Virus record (IMG/VR): IMGVR_UViG_3300021426_000001
Origin: a virus
Taxonomy: Duplodnaviria > Caudoviricetes
Length of the DNA stretch: 64,000 nucleotides
Reading direction: 5' to 3' (one strand)
Of this stretch, positions 1-8,786 are shown piece by piece. The first letter of the stretch is position 1, and each line of letters begins with the position of its first letter. Both the position numbers and the translations under genes were made by a program. The notes beneath the pieces are model-generated. The model was not told the DNA's origin. It worked only from the letters and a program-made list of their open reading frames with translations, and ran no database searches.

Positions 1-296
1 GTAGAGTGTGAGTACGGATCCGAGTTCGGTTCGATAGTCAGATTCTGTTTGACTTCTTCGTTTACAACTTCAGCAGCGATGCGCTTGATCATGTCATGGA
101 GAGGTTCGCTCTTCAGCTTTTCGATTTCTTCTTTGAGAGCCTTTTCGCGGTCGAGGAAGAACTTCTTCTGTTCTTCGAGCTCTAGCTGAATGCAGCGGAG
201 AGTCTCTTCAGTCATTACAGAAGCTAGCTTGTTTGCGCGATCGATGCTGATCTTGAGGTGGTCTCGTAAGAGTGATGCGAACATCGGAGTTTTCAT
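1..296 (-). CDS. hypothetical early protein, partial (runs off window start)
   Basis: Hand-translated MKTPMFASLLRDHLKISIDRANKLAS..., open to nt 1; downstream of early promoter 328-356. Confidence 0.7.
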   Translation of the reverse strand, partial: MKTPMFASLLRDHLKISIDRANKLASVMTEETLRCIQLELEEQKKFFLDREKALKEEIEKLKSEPLHDMIKRIAAEVVNEEVKQNLTIEPNSDPYSHS

Positions 297-327
297 TGTA
301 GTAGGTCCTTGTTGAAGTTACATCTAC

Positions 328-356
328 AATATAAGAAAATCGGGGCTTGTTGTAAA
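328..356 (-). promoter_or_regulatory. early promoter TTTACA-N17-TATATT overlapped by terminator hairpin
   Basis: Minus strand GGGG TTTACA ACAAGCCCCGATTTTCT TATATT; stem arms 337-345 and 357-365. Confidence 0.8.
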
Positions 357-387
357 CCCCGATTTGTTGATTTTATGCAAGTTTTTA

Positions 388-966
388 TTAGATGTGCTTA
401 TCTTCTTGAGCTCGATCACGATAGATTTCGCCAGCTTCGAGCGCTTCGTCGTGAGCTATGCAGAGCTGATCTAGCTCACGATCATCTTCAAGGATCCGCT
501 GGATGAAGAACAGTGCAGAGTCTGCGTCCTTGAAGAGAACACCTCTTCCCTCGGGAACTCCCTTAGCGAGATCTACGTTCTCTTTCTTGTCGTCGACCAA
601 GATGTCGCCCTCGTCGAGCTCCAGCCACTTGTCTATGCCCTTCTGCGTGATGATCACGTTCTTAGGATCGATCTCCGGGCAGTTCTTCTCCAGCCAGTAT
701 CTCTTGCCAGCCTTTCCGCAGCTGAGAAAGATAGCAGATGCGATTCCGATCTCGACGTCTGGGTACTTCTTCTTGAGTTCGAGGACGCCGTTGTAGAGCT
801 TGTGACCCTCTACGATCCACGGCATCGATGACCAGAAAGAAGCGCCGATCTTCTTGAGAAGATTCCAGTCGCACTTTCCGTTCTCTTTTCTAGCCTTGTA
901 GAACTCGACCTGGTGATCGAAGTCGCACAAGACTCCGTCCATGTCGAGCATGATTCTTCTCTTCAT
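388..966 (-). CDS. HAD-superfamily 5'(3')-deoxyribonucleotidase (NT5C-like)
   Basis: MKRRIMLDMDGVLCDF (DxDGV), K..W, ILVDD motif; start moved to ATG 966. Confidence 0.8.
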   Translation of the reverse strand: MKRRIMLDMDGVLCDFDHQVEFYKARKENGKCDWNLLKKIGASFWSSMPWIVEGHKLYNGVLELKKKYPDVEIGIASAIFLSCGKAGKRYWLEKNCPEIDPKNVIITQKGIDKWLELDEGDILVDDKKENVDLAKGVPEGRGVLFKDADSALFFIQRILEDDRELDQLCIAHDEALEAGEIYRDRAQEDKHI

Positions 967-970
967 TTTC

Positions 971-1402
971 TTACTTCCTCGGATTGACGCAGAGTTCGCC
1001 AGGATAGTCCTCGAACGACTCAAGCATCTTTTGAACTGTTTCGGCCGGCACCGCATGAACGTTCTGGAACTGACCAAACATACGGTAGATGTCATACTTT
1101 GCGCCAGCCTCTTCAGCGATCTTAACATAGATGTCTACATCCTTCTTCTTGACGCTAGTGTTGGATACGATCACGACATCGCAGTTCTGGAGGGCCTCAC
1201 GAACTTTGTTCTGGCACCACTGATGAGCGAAGCCGATCTGGTTCGGATTCCAGTGGTAGCTGCCGTCTTCGTGAGTGAAGAACATGTCTGCTTCGAAGTG
1301 AGCAGTCGTTCGTCCCTCAGCCTGATATGCCTTGATGAGGCTGTTAGCGTGTGTAGACTTTCCGGAGCCCGGAATGCCGCGAATGATTACAAGCTTCTTC
1401 AT
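971..1402 (-). CDS. P-loop polynucleotide/nucleotide kinase (AAA_33-like)
   Basis: IIRGIPGSGKST Walker A, VIVSNT, NVHAVP. Confidence 0.8.
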   Translation of the reverse strand: MKKLVIIRGIPGSGKSTHANSLIKAYQAEGRTTAHFEADMFFTHEDGSYHWNPNQIGFAHQWCQNKVREALQNCDVVIVSNTSVKKKDVDIYVKIAEEAGAKYDIYRMFGQFQNVHAVPAETVQKMLESFEDYPGELCVNPRK

Positions 1403-1418
1403 GTGTGTTATCCTGCAA

Positions 1419-1712
1419 TTATCCCTGTAATAGAGGTGAAAGTTTCTCTACGACCTTGTAGACCACGTAGATCCACGAGGTGCAGAAGTGAAGTATGCTC
1501 CAGAGGATCCCGTTGCCCAAGAAGTGCGAGAGAAACGCTGAAGCGAAGCAGCCGACGAGAGACGGTACAGCGACCTTTACTGTCAAGATTGGTCCCTGTC
1601 TCTTTCGGAGCACGTTTAGAAATAGAACGACGAGATCAGACCATGTGCGCTTTCTCGCGCTCATCTTCTTGAACCCATTGTTCTCTTCCGAAGTTCCAAT
1701 TAGTTCATCCAT
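1419..1712 (-). CDS. small membrane protein
   Basis: Two hydrophobic segments in C-terminal half; directly under promoter 1719-1747. Confidence 0.6.
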   Translation of the reverse strand: MDELIGTSEENNGFKKMSARKRTWSDLVVLFLNVLRKRQGPILTVKVAVPSLVGCFASAFLSHFLGNGILWSILHFCTSWIYVVYKVVEKLSPLLQG

Positions 1713-1718
1713 GCGTTA

Positions 1719-1747
1719 AATATAGGAAAGTCCAGAAGTCTTGTAAA
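1719..1747 (-). promoter_or_regulatory. early promoter overlapped by terminator hairpin
   Basis: TTTACA AGACTTCTGGACTTTCC TATATT; stem arms 1728-1735 and 1751-1758. Confidence 0.8.
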
Positions 1748-1796
1748 CCCCTGGACTTGGTTTTTCTCGCAAAAGCTAGAAATTAAAGCAGTTTCA

Positions 1797-2267
1797 CTAA
1801 GCGGCAGTTTCTACCGTTTCGACCTTCTTTTCCTTCTTAGGAGCCTTCTTTTCCTTCTTCGGAGCTTCCACGATCTTCATCGTGGCGAGATCTAGCTGAA
1901 GGATCTGGAGCGGCTGAGCCTGACCCTGCTTGGTCTTCGGAAGTTCGATAGCTGTGTAGTCGAACTCGTCGAGATCTGGCGTGTCAGTGAAGTCCACGAA
2001 GGAGACACGCTTGGAGCCGTCTGGGAATGTGACTTCGACATACGGATTCTTGGCTTTCTGACCGCTGTAGTCGTCGACCATCTTGTAGAGGCCGTCCTTG
2101 GTGCGATTGAGCTTGAAAGCAGAAGTGACCTTGCCCTTGCCCTGGTGGATCAGGATGAAGTCAATGTCTTTGACCTTGATCTTGCTGAGGTTCCACCAAG
2201 CGAGCGTCTTGAAGAAGTCTGCGCCCTTGGAGTGAATAGTGAGGACATTTACGATTTTGGATTTCAT
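1797..2267 (-). CDS. hypothetical protein with Lys-rich tail
   Basis: ORF with GGAG RBS; C-terminal APKKEKKAPKKEKK. Confidence 0.75.
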   Translation of the reverse strand: MKSKIVNVLTIHSKGADFFKTLAWWNLSKIKVKDIDFILIHQGKGKVTSAFKLNRTKDGLYKMVDDYSGQKAKNPYVEVTFPDGSKRVSFVDFTDTPDLDEFDYTAIELPKTKQGQAQPLQILQLDLATMKIVEAPKKEKKAPKKEKKVETVETAA

Positions 2268-2281
2268 GAGTTAGTTCTCCA

Positions 2282-2725
2282 TTACATGGCAGTTTCTGGT
2301 TTGCCGAACAGATCAGTCAGCCATGAAATGTCTGATCCGTCGAATTCATATCGTTCAGTGATCGTTCCGTGATAGATGTTCGGATTGTCTTTGTCTTTGA
2401 AGAGTTGTCGGATGATGAAGATTGAAAGTGTCTTCTCGTCGTCTTTGGTCTCTCGATAGCTCACCTGCATGAACTTGTCGTCTATGAGCATCGGCTCTCC
2501 ATTCTCGCAATTTAGCTTAAGAGTGCAGTCGACTTTGTAATCGATAGCTAGCTTTTTCTCGAGCTCTGCCATCTTTCGATTGTACTCTTCAGTGAACATC
2601 TCATCTTCATGATAGGTATGTTCCCTTTTCTCCCAATAGAAGAAACGTCCGATATTTCTAGCGAGCTTGTGCCATGAGCGAACGTCATTCATGAGCTCGC
2701 AAGGGATTGCGAGAAGTTTAGCCAT
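2282..2725 (-). CDS. hypothetical protein
   Basis: ORF coupled to upstream gene, GAGG RBS. Confidence 0.7.
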   Translation of the reverse strand: MAKLLAIPCELMNDVRSWHKLARNIGRFFYWEKREHTYHEDEMFTEEYNRKMAELEKKLAIDYKVDCTLKLNCENGEPMLIDDKFMQVSYRETKDDEKTLSIFIIRQLFKDKDNPNIYHGTITERYEFDGSDISWLTDLFGKPETAM

Positions 2726-3485
2726 TCTTTACCTCGTTGTTTACTTTCACCCAGGCGTCTACTTCGTAACCAGTGAAGTTGAGATTGTCGCCAGTCCATT
2801 CAATGAAGCCCTTGTGCTTGTCGATGCAGCAGTTGATGTAGTGCTGATCGATGTCCCACTGAGTGTATTCACGTTCAGGGAACTTCTTGACCATCTGAGG
2901 AGCTTCCTGACCATTAGCCTTAGCTTCTCTGACAGTCTTAACGTAGTTATCGTAGTCGTAGCAGAAGTAGTCCGGTTCGATGTCCTTGTCGTGGGTGTGA
3001 CCGTACAAGTTGATGAAGTGAGTGTTGCCCTTTCCGAGATAGACCGGTTCATGAGAGAGGACGAAGTTGTCTTCTACGATGACCGGTGTGTCATAGACCT
3101 TGTCGAATCCGATCTCTTCGTAGAATTCGATTCTGGACTGACCATGGAAGTGAAGTGTGTCGTGGTTGCCGAGAACCAAGAAGAGACGGCGGCTGTCGCC
3201 CTTCATGCACTTCACGATGTCTTTGAGCAAGAGGAAGTCTCCGTCGTTCATCTGATGGCTGCCACCAGCGAAGTAGAAGTCGCCGAGGTTCCAGATGTCG
3301 CAGTCTTTTGGAAGCTTGTCGAAAGCTTTGAGAATGTCTTCCTTCATCTGAATCATGAGCGGAGTGTTAGCTGGATTCTTGTTCGGAGCTACCGTAGCAT
3401 ACGGACGATTGCAGAATCGGCAGATGTTCGGATGACCGAAGTGAAGGTCGGAAGTGATGAAAGTTTTGCGAGAGCGGAAGAGCAT
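2718..3485 (-). CDS. calcineurin-like metallophosphoesterase
   Basis: SDLHFGH, LGDF, GNHD, LSHEP, GHTH motifs; ATG 3485 after GGAGG. Confidence 0.9.
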   Translation of the reverse strand: MLFRSRKTFITSDLHFGHPNICRFCNRPYATVAPNKNPANTPLMIQMKEDILKAFDKLPKDCDIWNLGDFYFAGGSHQMNDGDFLLLKDIVKCMKGDSRRLFLVLGNHDTLHFHGQSRIEFYEEIGFDKVYDTPVIVEDNFVLSHEPVYLGKGNTHFINLYGHTHDKDIEPDYFCYDYDNYVKTVREAKANGQEAPQMVKKFPEREYTQWDIDQHYINCCIDKHKGFIEWTGDNLNFTGYEVDAWVKVNNEVKNG

Positions 3486-3515
3486 TTGAGCCTCCAAGTT
3501 GAAAGTTACGTGAAC

Positions 3516-3544
3516 AATATAGGAAATTGTTCACAGTTTGTAAA
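3516..3544 (-). promoter_or_regulatory. early promoter
   Basis: TTTACA-N17-TATATT. Confidence 0.8.
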
Positions 3545-3553
3545 CCCAAAAAC

Positions 3554-3814
3554 TCAGTTTTCTCTGAGATGGTAGAATCCGAGACGCTTCAGAGCATCTT
3601 CTAGATCGTTGAAAGATCCGAACCAGACCTTGACTTCTTGGTCTACCCACGGCTTCACGATCAAAGCCTCTTCAGCAGATGTGTCATATCGGATGATGTA
3701 TTCTTGTCCGTACTCGTCCCAGAACTTGGTAGTGTTGAACTCAGCTGCGTGAAATCCTCTGAGCTTGCCCTCGAAGTTCTTGTACTTCCAGAGCGCGAAA
3801 GTTGAAGCGTCCAT
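3554..3814 (-). CDS. hypothetical protein
   Basis: ORF in tightly packed operon. Confidence 0.65.
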   Translation of the reverse strand: MDASTFALWKYKNFEGKLRGFHAAEFNTTKFWDEYGQEYIIRYDTSAEEALIVKPWVDQEVKVWFGSFNDLEDALKRLGFYHLREN

Positions 3815-3815
3815 T

Positions 3816-4103
3816 CTATACTGCCTCTTTTACTCGTTCCTTCCAGTCGTCAACGATCGATGTGATCCTCTCTGGAAGCGAAGCGATGTTTGAAGTTTGG
3901 AGTGTCTCCATTGGATTCCACTCGTCTATGATGAAAATTCTGCTGTTGCCGTAGACATACGAGATCATCAGCTCGTGGTCGCCATATCTGACCTTGATAG
4001 ATGCGCACTTGTTTGGAACGAAGTGATACTCAGTCCCGTGCTGAAGAGAGTATCTGTTGAGCATCTCTGACATGGTCTTGAATTCTTCGAGGTTGATGTC
4101 CAT
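3816..4103 (-). CDS. hypothetical protein
   Basis: ORF with TAAGG RBS. Confidence 0.65.
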   Translation of the reverse strand: MDINLEEFKTMSEMLNRYSLQHGTEYHFVPNKCASIKVRYGDHELMISYVYGNSRIFIIDEWNPMETLQTSNIASLPERITSIVDDWKERVKEAV

Positions 4104-4107
4104 AACC

Positions 4108-4245
4108 TTACCCAGTGATTTGACGGACCATGCTCCAGATCATAGAGATGACAGCTATGGTCCCTAGTCCAGCGAACAGCCAGATCACGACGTCGATCGG
4201 ATCAGCGTCAATGATCTTAGCTATCAGGTCAAAAAGCTTGTTCAC
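4108..4245 (-). CDS. 45-aa membrane protein (absent from ORF track)
   Basis: Hand-translated from GTG: MNKLFDLIAKIIDADPIDVVIWLFAGLGTIAVISMIWSMVRQITG; fills gap between neighbours. Confidence 0.6.
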   Translation of the reverse strand: MNKLFDLIAKIIDADPIDVVIWLFAGLGTIAVISMIWSMVRQITG

Positions 4246-4259
4246 CCTAAATTGTCGCC

Positions 4260-4718
4260 CTAAACCCAGTTGATCTGTCTCATAGATTCTGGCTCGTTGC
4301 AGAATGATCCATGGCCAAATTGAAGATCTTCGATCTTCCTGCAGAGATTAGAGAGCGCGAGGAAGAGAGGAGACTTGCGGTCGTGGTTGATTGCCTTGTA
4401 GACGTCATCAGCGATCTTGTCGAATGCGTCTGCGACTTCTGCCTTGAACATCTTGTTGATCTTTTCCTTCTCTTCCCTGACGGACTTGTAGTCGTCGTTA
4501 GCGAGCGCCCTAGAGATCCATGGAGCATCGATCATGGACTCAAAATCACTCACTCGATCAGACATCTTCTTGATCTTCTCGATGAGCGCCGGAGCCTTCT
4601 TAGCAGCTCTTCGTGCCTTAGCGCGTTCACGACGGCGAGCGATCTGTTCAGGTGTCTTTTCCACCTTGATGTGGTTTTCGTTGAGAACTTCGAGAGCTTT
4701 TTCGATTTTCATTTCCAT
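4260..4718 (-). CDS. hypothetical protein with shared N-terminal motif and Arg-rich helix
   Basis: MKIEKALEVLNENHIKVE then TPEQIARRRERAKARR; GAGG RBS. Confidence 0.75.
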   Translation of the reverse strand: MEMKIEKALEVLNENHIKVEKTPEQIARRRERAKARRAAKKAPALIEKIKKMSDRVSDFESMIDAPWISRALANDDYKSVREEKEKINKMFKAEVADAFDKIADDVYKAINHDRKSPLFLALSNLCRKIEDLQFGHGSFCNEPESMRQINWV

Positions 4719-4743
4719 AGTGTTTTACCTCTTTTACACTGAA

Positions 4744-4772
4744 AATATAAGAAAATCCTGGGTGCTTGTAAA
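4744..4772 (-). promoter_or_regulatory. early promoter overlapped by terminator hairpin
   Basis: TTTACA AGCACCCAGGATTTTCT TATATT; stem arms 4756-4763 and 4772-4779. Confidence 0.8.
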
Positions 4773-4799
4773 CCCAGGACTTGAAGTTTTTCTCAGATC

Positions 4800-5504
4800 T
4801 TAGCGTGAGATCTTCTTCCACTCAGCCATGAACTCCTTCAGAGCCTCGGTCACAGCCTTAGTGCCCTGAGCGTCAAGCTTCTTCTGGAACTCTTCGTGAG
4901 CTGGCTCGATCAGAGCGCCGATCTGGTCAGGCGTCTTAGTAACCAGACGCTCGACATAGAGGTTCGTAGACTCGTTGAGAACCCACTCGTAGGACTCGTT
5001 CACTGCGTTCACGTAAGCGTCTGGACAGCTCGGTCCATAGACTGCGTCGATCGTGATGAGGTGGAAGTTAGACTCGACGATTCCAGTCTTCTTGTCCACG
5101 TCTCCGACTCCACGTGAAGAGACGCCCATTCTCACGTCCTTGAGAAGGTTAGCGAGCATGTGACCGTTCGGCATGTAGTCTAGTACTTTAGCCTTTCCGA
5201 GAGCGAAGTCTTCGTCCATTCTCAGCTTGATGATCTTGATAGCGGCTTCCTTCGGGTTGACCTTGGAAGTCTCTGGGTGCTCAAGCTCGCCAAGTGCCTC
5301 GTTCGTTGCGATGAGGTCGTTGAATCTGTTTACTTCGCGCTCAAGAATCTCTCTGTGATACAGTCTGCCGTTACGGTTTCTCTTCTCGGCGCCCATGAAG
5401 ACGCCCTCAATGTAGAGGGTCTTTCCATCATCGCCACCGTTGTGATCGACAGTCAGATCGTTGATGAAGCCCTCGTTCAATAGCTTTTTAGGTTGTTCTG
5501 CCAT
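4800..5504 (-). CDS. gp21: prohead core protease (T4 gp21-like)
   Basis: LYIEGVFM..NRNGR.Y, GELEHP, GVSSRG.G, D.V..PS.PDA motifs. Confidence 0.95.
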   Translation of the reverse strand: MAEQPKKLLNEGFINDLTVDHNGGDDGKTLYIEGVFMGAEKRNRNGRLYHREILEREVNRFNDLIATNEALGELEHPETSKVNPKEAAIKIIKLRMDEDFALGKAKVLDYMPNGHMLANLLKDVRMGVSSRGVGDVDKKTGIVESNFHLITIDAVYGPSCPDAYVNAVNESYEWVLNESTNLYVERLVTKTPDQIGALIEPAHEEFQKKLDAQGTKAVTEALKEFMAEWKKISR

Positions 5505-5536
5505 TTTACAGCTCCTTAAGAACTCTTATTACCTAT

Positions 5537-5544
5537 TATTTATA
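5537..5544 (-). promoter_or_regulatory. T4-type late promoter TATAAATA
   Basis: Perfect TATAAATA upstream of gp21. Confidence 0.8.
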
Positions 5545-5555
5545 TGGCAGAAAAC

Positions 5556-5628
5556 TGTCTCAATTCTCGCTAAACACAAGAAAATCGAGACATTATGTCT
5601 CGATTCTTGTCTCGATTCTGTCTCAATT
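5556..5628. repeat. five copies of TGTCTC(A/G)ATT (four direct, one inverted)
   Basis: 5556, 5596, 5608, 5619 direct; 5583 inverted. Confidence 0.7.
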
Positions 5629-6140
5629 TACTTGAGTTCGATCTGCTCGCAGGTGATTCCGTTCTGTCGGAGATATTCCACTCCTGACGTATCATCATAC
5701 TTCTCAAGATAGTAGACTTCCTTGACTCCAGATGTCAGGATCAGCTTGCAGCAGTTCAGACACGGACTCGTGGTCAAGAACAGCTGTGCGCCCGTGATGT
5801 CGGTGTTGTTTCTCAGAGCGAAGCCCAAGCAGTTCATCTCTGCGTGAATCTCGAACTTGTCTGCGAACTCGTGATGGACCTTTCGGTACTGCTCGTAAGT
5901 GAGCTGGCGAACCTTGATCTTCTGGCCTGGAATTCTCTCATTGAAGTTGAAAGATCCGTCAGGATTTCTCGTGAAGATCTTGTTGCACTCCATAGCGCCC
6001 TTAGCGACTCCGTTGTAGCCAGAGCTGAGAATTCTAGAGTCTTTCACCAAGATTGCAGCTACCTGCAAGCGTGAGCAGGTAGAGTATGTTCTAAGCGAGT
6101 TCAGAACGTCGACATAGAAGCGGTTGAACTTACTTAACAT
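5628..6140 (-). CDS. cd: dCMP deaminase
   Basis: STC.R.QV, GYNG, HAE.N, PCxxC zinc motifs. Confidence 0.95.
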   Translation of the reverse strand: MLSKFNRFYVDVLNSLRTYSTCSRLQVAAILVKDSRILSSGYNGVAKGAMECNKIFTRNPDGSFNFNERIPGQKIKVRQLTYEQYRKVHHEFADKFEIHAEMNCLGFALRNNTDITGAQLFLTTSPCLNCCKLILTSGVKEVYYLEKYDDTSGVEYLRQNGITCEQIELK

Positions 6141-7002
6141 TGACTCTCTCCATGCTGCTGAATGCGTTAGCGTATTGAGGAGACTTGTCGAAGAGGTTCA
6201 TGCAGTCAGCTGCTTGGAAGAAGTTGATCACGTCTCTCTTAGACATCGGCTCCCACTTGTAGTTCTTGAGCTCGTCGATGACGGCGGTCTCTACCTCGAT
6301 AGGAATTCTGTCGAAGTCTATGAGAGTCTTGTTTCTCTCGAACTCAGCTCTCACGCCCTCTTTCTCGATCCACTCTTCGAGACCCTCGTCGATGATCTTC
6401 GGAGCGGTCTTTGTGGAGACTCTAGCCTTGACGTGAGGAACGCCGTCACCCTTGTCGCCGACGATCACTTTCTCTAGGAGATAGCGCTCTGGGTTGAGAA
6501 CTTCGACGTACTTTCTCTTGATCGGGTGGAACTGACGATAGCCCGGATATTTCAGAAGCTGGTAGAAGTCTCGGTCGGTAGAGACGCAGATCACGTCGTA
6601 GTCTGGAGTGAGATGCTTCGTGAGTGAAGCGACGACATCGTCTCCCTCTGCTCTCGGCACCCTGATCTGGTAGATGTTCGGCATGTACTGTCTGAGAAGC
6701 GAGCAGAAGCTGTCGAACATCGGATAGTAAGTCTCGAAGTCCATCTTTGCTTTAGCTTTCTCTTCCTTTCGGTGAGACTTGTACTGGTCGAACACTTCGT
6801 AGCGCCAGCACTTCTTGCCCTCCATAGCGAGAATCATGGACGTGGCTTCAGTTTCTCTCATCAGCCATACGAACTTTTCGAGGATCTCGCTCTTCCATCT
6901 CACGTAGCGAGTGTCTGTCGGGTCGTCCCTGTAGCACGCCATAGCAGTTCTGATGCCCATGTTGGCCATGTCTATAAGGAGTATCTTTTTTCTTTCTTTC
7001 AT
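6130..7002 (-). CDS. rnh: T4 RNase H-like 5'-3' exonuclease/flap endonuclease
   Basis: LLIDM.N, YK.HR, EGDD, STDRDF.QL, GDKGDGVP, RN..LIDF; start moved to ATG 7002. Confidence 0.9.
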   Translation of the reverse strand: MKERKKILLIDMANMGIRTAMACYRDDPTDTRYVRWKSEILEKFVWLMRETEATSMILAMEGKKCWRYEVFDQYKSHRKEEKAKAKMDFETYYPMFDSFCSLLRQYMPNIYQIRVPRAEGDDVVASLTKHLTPDYDVICVSTDRDFYQLLKYPGYRQFHPIKRKYVEVLNPERYLLEKVIVGDKGDGVPHVKARVSTKTAPKIIDEGLEEWIEKEGVRAEFERNKTLIDFDRIPIEVETAVIDELKNYKWEPMSKRDVINFFQAADCMNLFDKSPQYANAFSSMERVNVK

Positions 7003-7098
7003 GGTTTTACACCTATGTTGGTTGTGTTTGAAGTAAATATAGAACAAAATTTAATAAACAGTATTCTGTTTCCGCAGGGTTTTTATTATATTTTGAAC

Positions 7099-8733
7099 AT
7101 GAACATTGAATTTCCATACGAAAAGATCCGTCCGGAACAGCAAAAGTTCCTGGAAACTGTAAAAGATACTGAGAAAAAGTACATCGTCGCTCAGATGCCG
7201 ACTGGCTCTGGCAAATCAGGCATCGCTCTCTACGAGTCTCTGCTGTCCGACAACGCTTATCTGGTCGTTACCAACAAGGCGCTTCAGGATCAGTACTGGA
7301 ATGACTTCAAAGACAAGTACCCGATCAAGATGCTCAAGGGCATGAACAACTACGTCTGCCAGATCGCTACTGGCTGCCGTTGCGACCAGGGACCGTGTCA
7401 GGGCTCTGACTCTACATCCATCGGAATCAAGCGCTACTGCAAAGCCAACGACCTCTGTCCATATTACAGAACCGCTGGCGCAGCCTTCAAGTCTAAGATC
7501 TTCCTGGCTAACACCTCTATCATGAGAGCAGTCATCGGCCCGAAGCAGCTGAAGCGTCAGACGCTCATTATCGACGAAGCTCATCTCCTCGAAGACTTCC
7601 TCGTTGACTGCGGCACTATCAGATTCTCATACGATGTCGCAAGCAGAGTCCTTGAAGCTGAGAAGCGTCTCACCTCTCAGGATCTCGAATTCCTGAAGCA
7701 CGCTGAGCTAGAGTCCTCGGTCACTCCGACTGCTAAGATGGAGAAGTTCATCAGGATCTGCAAGACTCTCGTGACTGATGTCTACCACGACTTGGTGGAG
7801 TACGAGAACGAGCAGGCTAAGTCCATTCGAGACTCTGCCGTGAAGAGCGCTATCGAAGCTGCTGAGAACAAGAAGAAGCAGCGCTTCAAGCACAAGCGCG
7901 AGATCGTAGATCTGATGACGAAGCTTGAGTCCTACGAGAACGGAGGAGAAGCTAACAAGTGGGTCTACAACTGGGACAAGAAGAATCGGGCTCTCGACAT
8001 CGTTCCTCTGAACGTCGACTGGATCTTCAAGAAGTACTTTGACGGAATCGCTGACAAGATCATCTTCATGTCCGCTACAATCTTGAACTTCGCGAACTTC
8101 GCTAACACTCTCGGAATCCGCAAGGACGAGTGCTGCATCGTAGATGTCGCCTCTACCTTCGATCCGAAGAACGCGCCGATCATCAACATCGGCAACTGCG
8201 CTACGAGCTACAAGGACCTCCAGGACTCCGCTAACATGGACAAGATCGTGAAGACGGTCCAGTACATCCTCGATCAGCACAAGGGAGAACGCGGAATCAT
8301 CCACACTGGAAACATGAAGATCTCTAAGTACTTGAAGGAGAACTGCCGTGACAAGCGTCTCCTGGTCCGTCTGGATGATGTCACTAACGAAGACATTCTG
8401 GAAGAGCACAGCCTTCGCACTGACTCAGTTCTGGTCTCCTCTTCCATGACTGAGGGAATCGACCTTCACGACGACCTCTCTACATTCCAGATCATCGTTA
8501 AGCTTCCGTGGGACAGCTTGGCCAACTTGAGAACGAAGACTCTCGCTGAAGAGATCCCGCTCTGGTACTCGAACAAGATGTGGCAGAAGCTTCTTCAGGC
8601 GAGCGGCAGATCTATCCGTAGCCATACGGACTACGCAGAGACTTTCGTCTTGGACGCTTCCTTCAACTTCCAACACAAAAAGTTCTCGAGCTATCTGCCC
8701 GAGTACTTTGAAAAGCGCCTCATCAACCCGTAA
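7099..8733 (+). CDS. DinG/XPD-family Fe-S DNA helicase
   Basis: PTGSGKS, Cys cluster with CPYY, DEAH, MSAT, EGIDL, QASGRSIRS..DY; start ATG 7099. Confidence 0.88.
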   Translation: MNIEFPYEKIRPEQQKFLETVKDTEKKYIVAQMPTGSGKSGIALYESLLSDNAYLVVTNKALQDQYWNDFKDKYPIKMLKGMNNYVCQIATGCRCDQGPCQGSDSTSIGIKRYCKANDLCPYYRTAGAAFKSKIFLANTSIMRAVIGPKQLKRQTLIIDEAHLLEDFLVDCGTIRFSYDVASRVLEAEKRLTSQDLEFLKHAELESSVTPTAKMEKFIRICKTLVTDVYHDLVEYENEQAKSIRDSAVKSAIEAAENKKKQRFKHKREIVDLMTKLESYENGGEANKWVYNWDKKNRALDIVPLNVDWIFKKYFDGIADKIIFMSATILNFANFANTLGIRKDECCIVDVASTFDPKNAPIINIGNCATSYKDLQDSANMDKIVKTVQYILDQHKGERGIIHTGNMKISKYLKENCRDKRLLVRLDDVTNEDILEEHSLRTDSVLVSSSMTEGIDLHDDLSTFQIIVKLPWDSLANLRTKTLAEEIPLWYSNKMWQKLLQASGRSIRSHTDYAETFVLDASFNFQHKKFSSYLPEYFEKRLINP

Positions 8734-8741
8734 AACACAAT

Positions 8742-8779
8742 CAAAATTGGCCTCATAGATTTTTATGAGGCCAATTTTG
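8742..8779. terminator. bidirectional intrinsic terminator
   Basis: CAAAATTGGCCTCATA...TATGAGGCCAATTTTG between convergent genes. Confidence 0.85.
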
Positions 8780-8786
8780 TTGCTAG

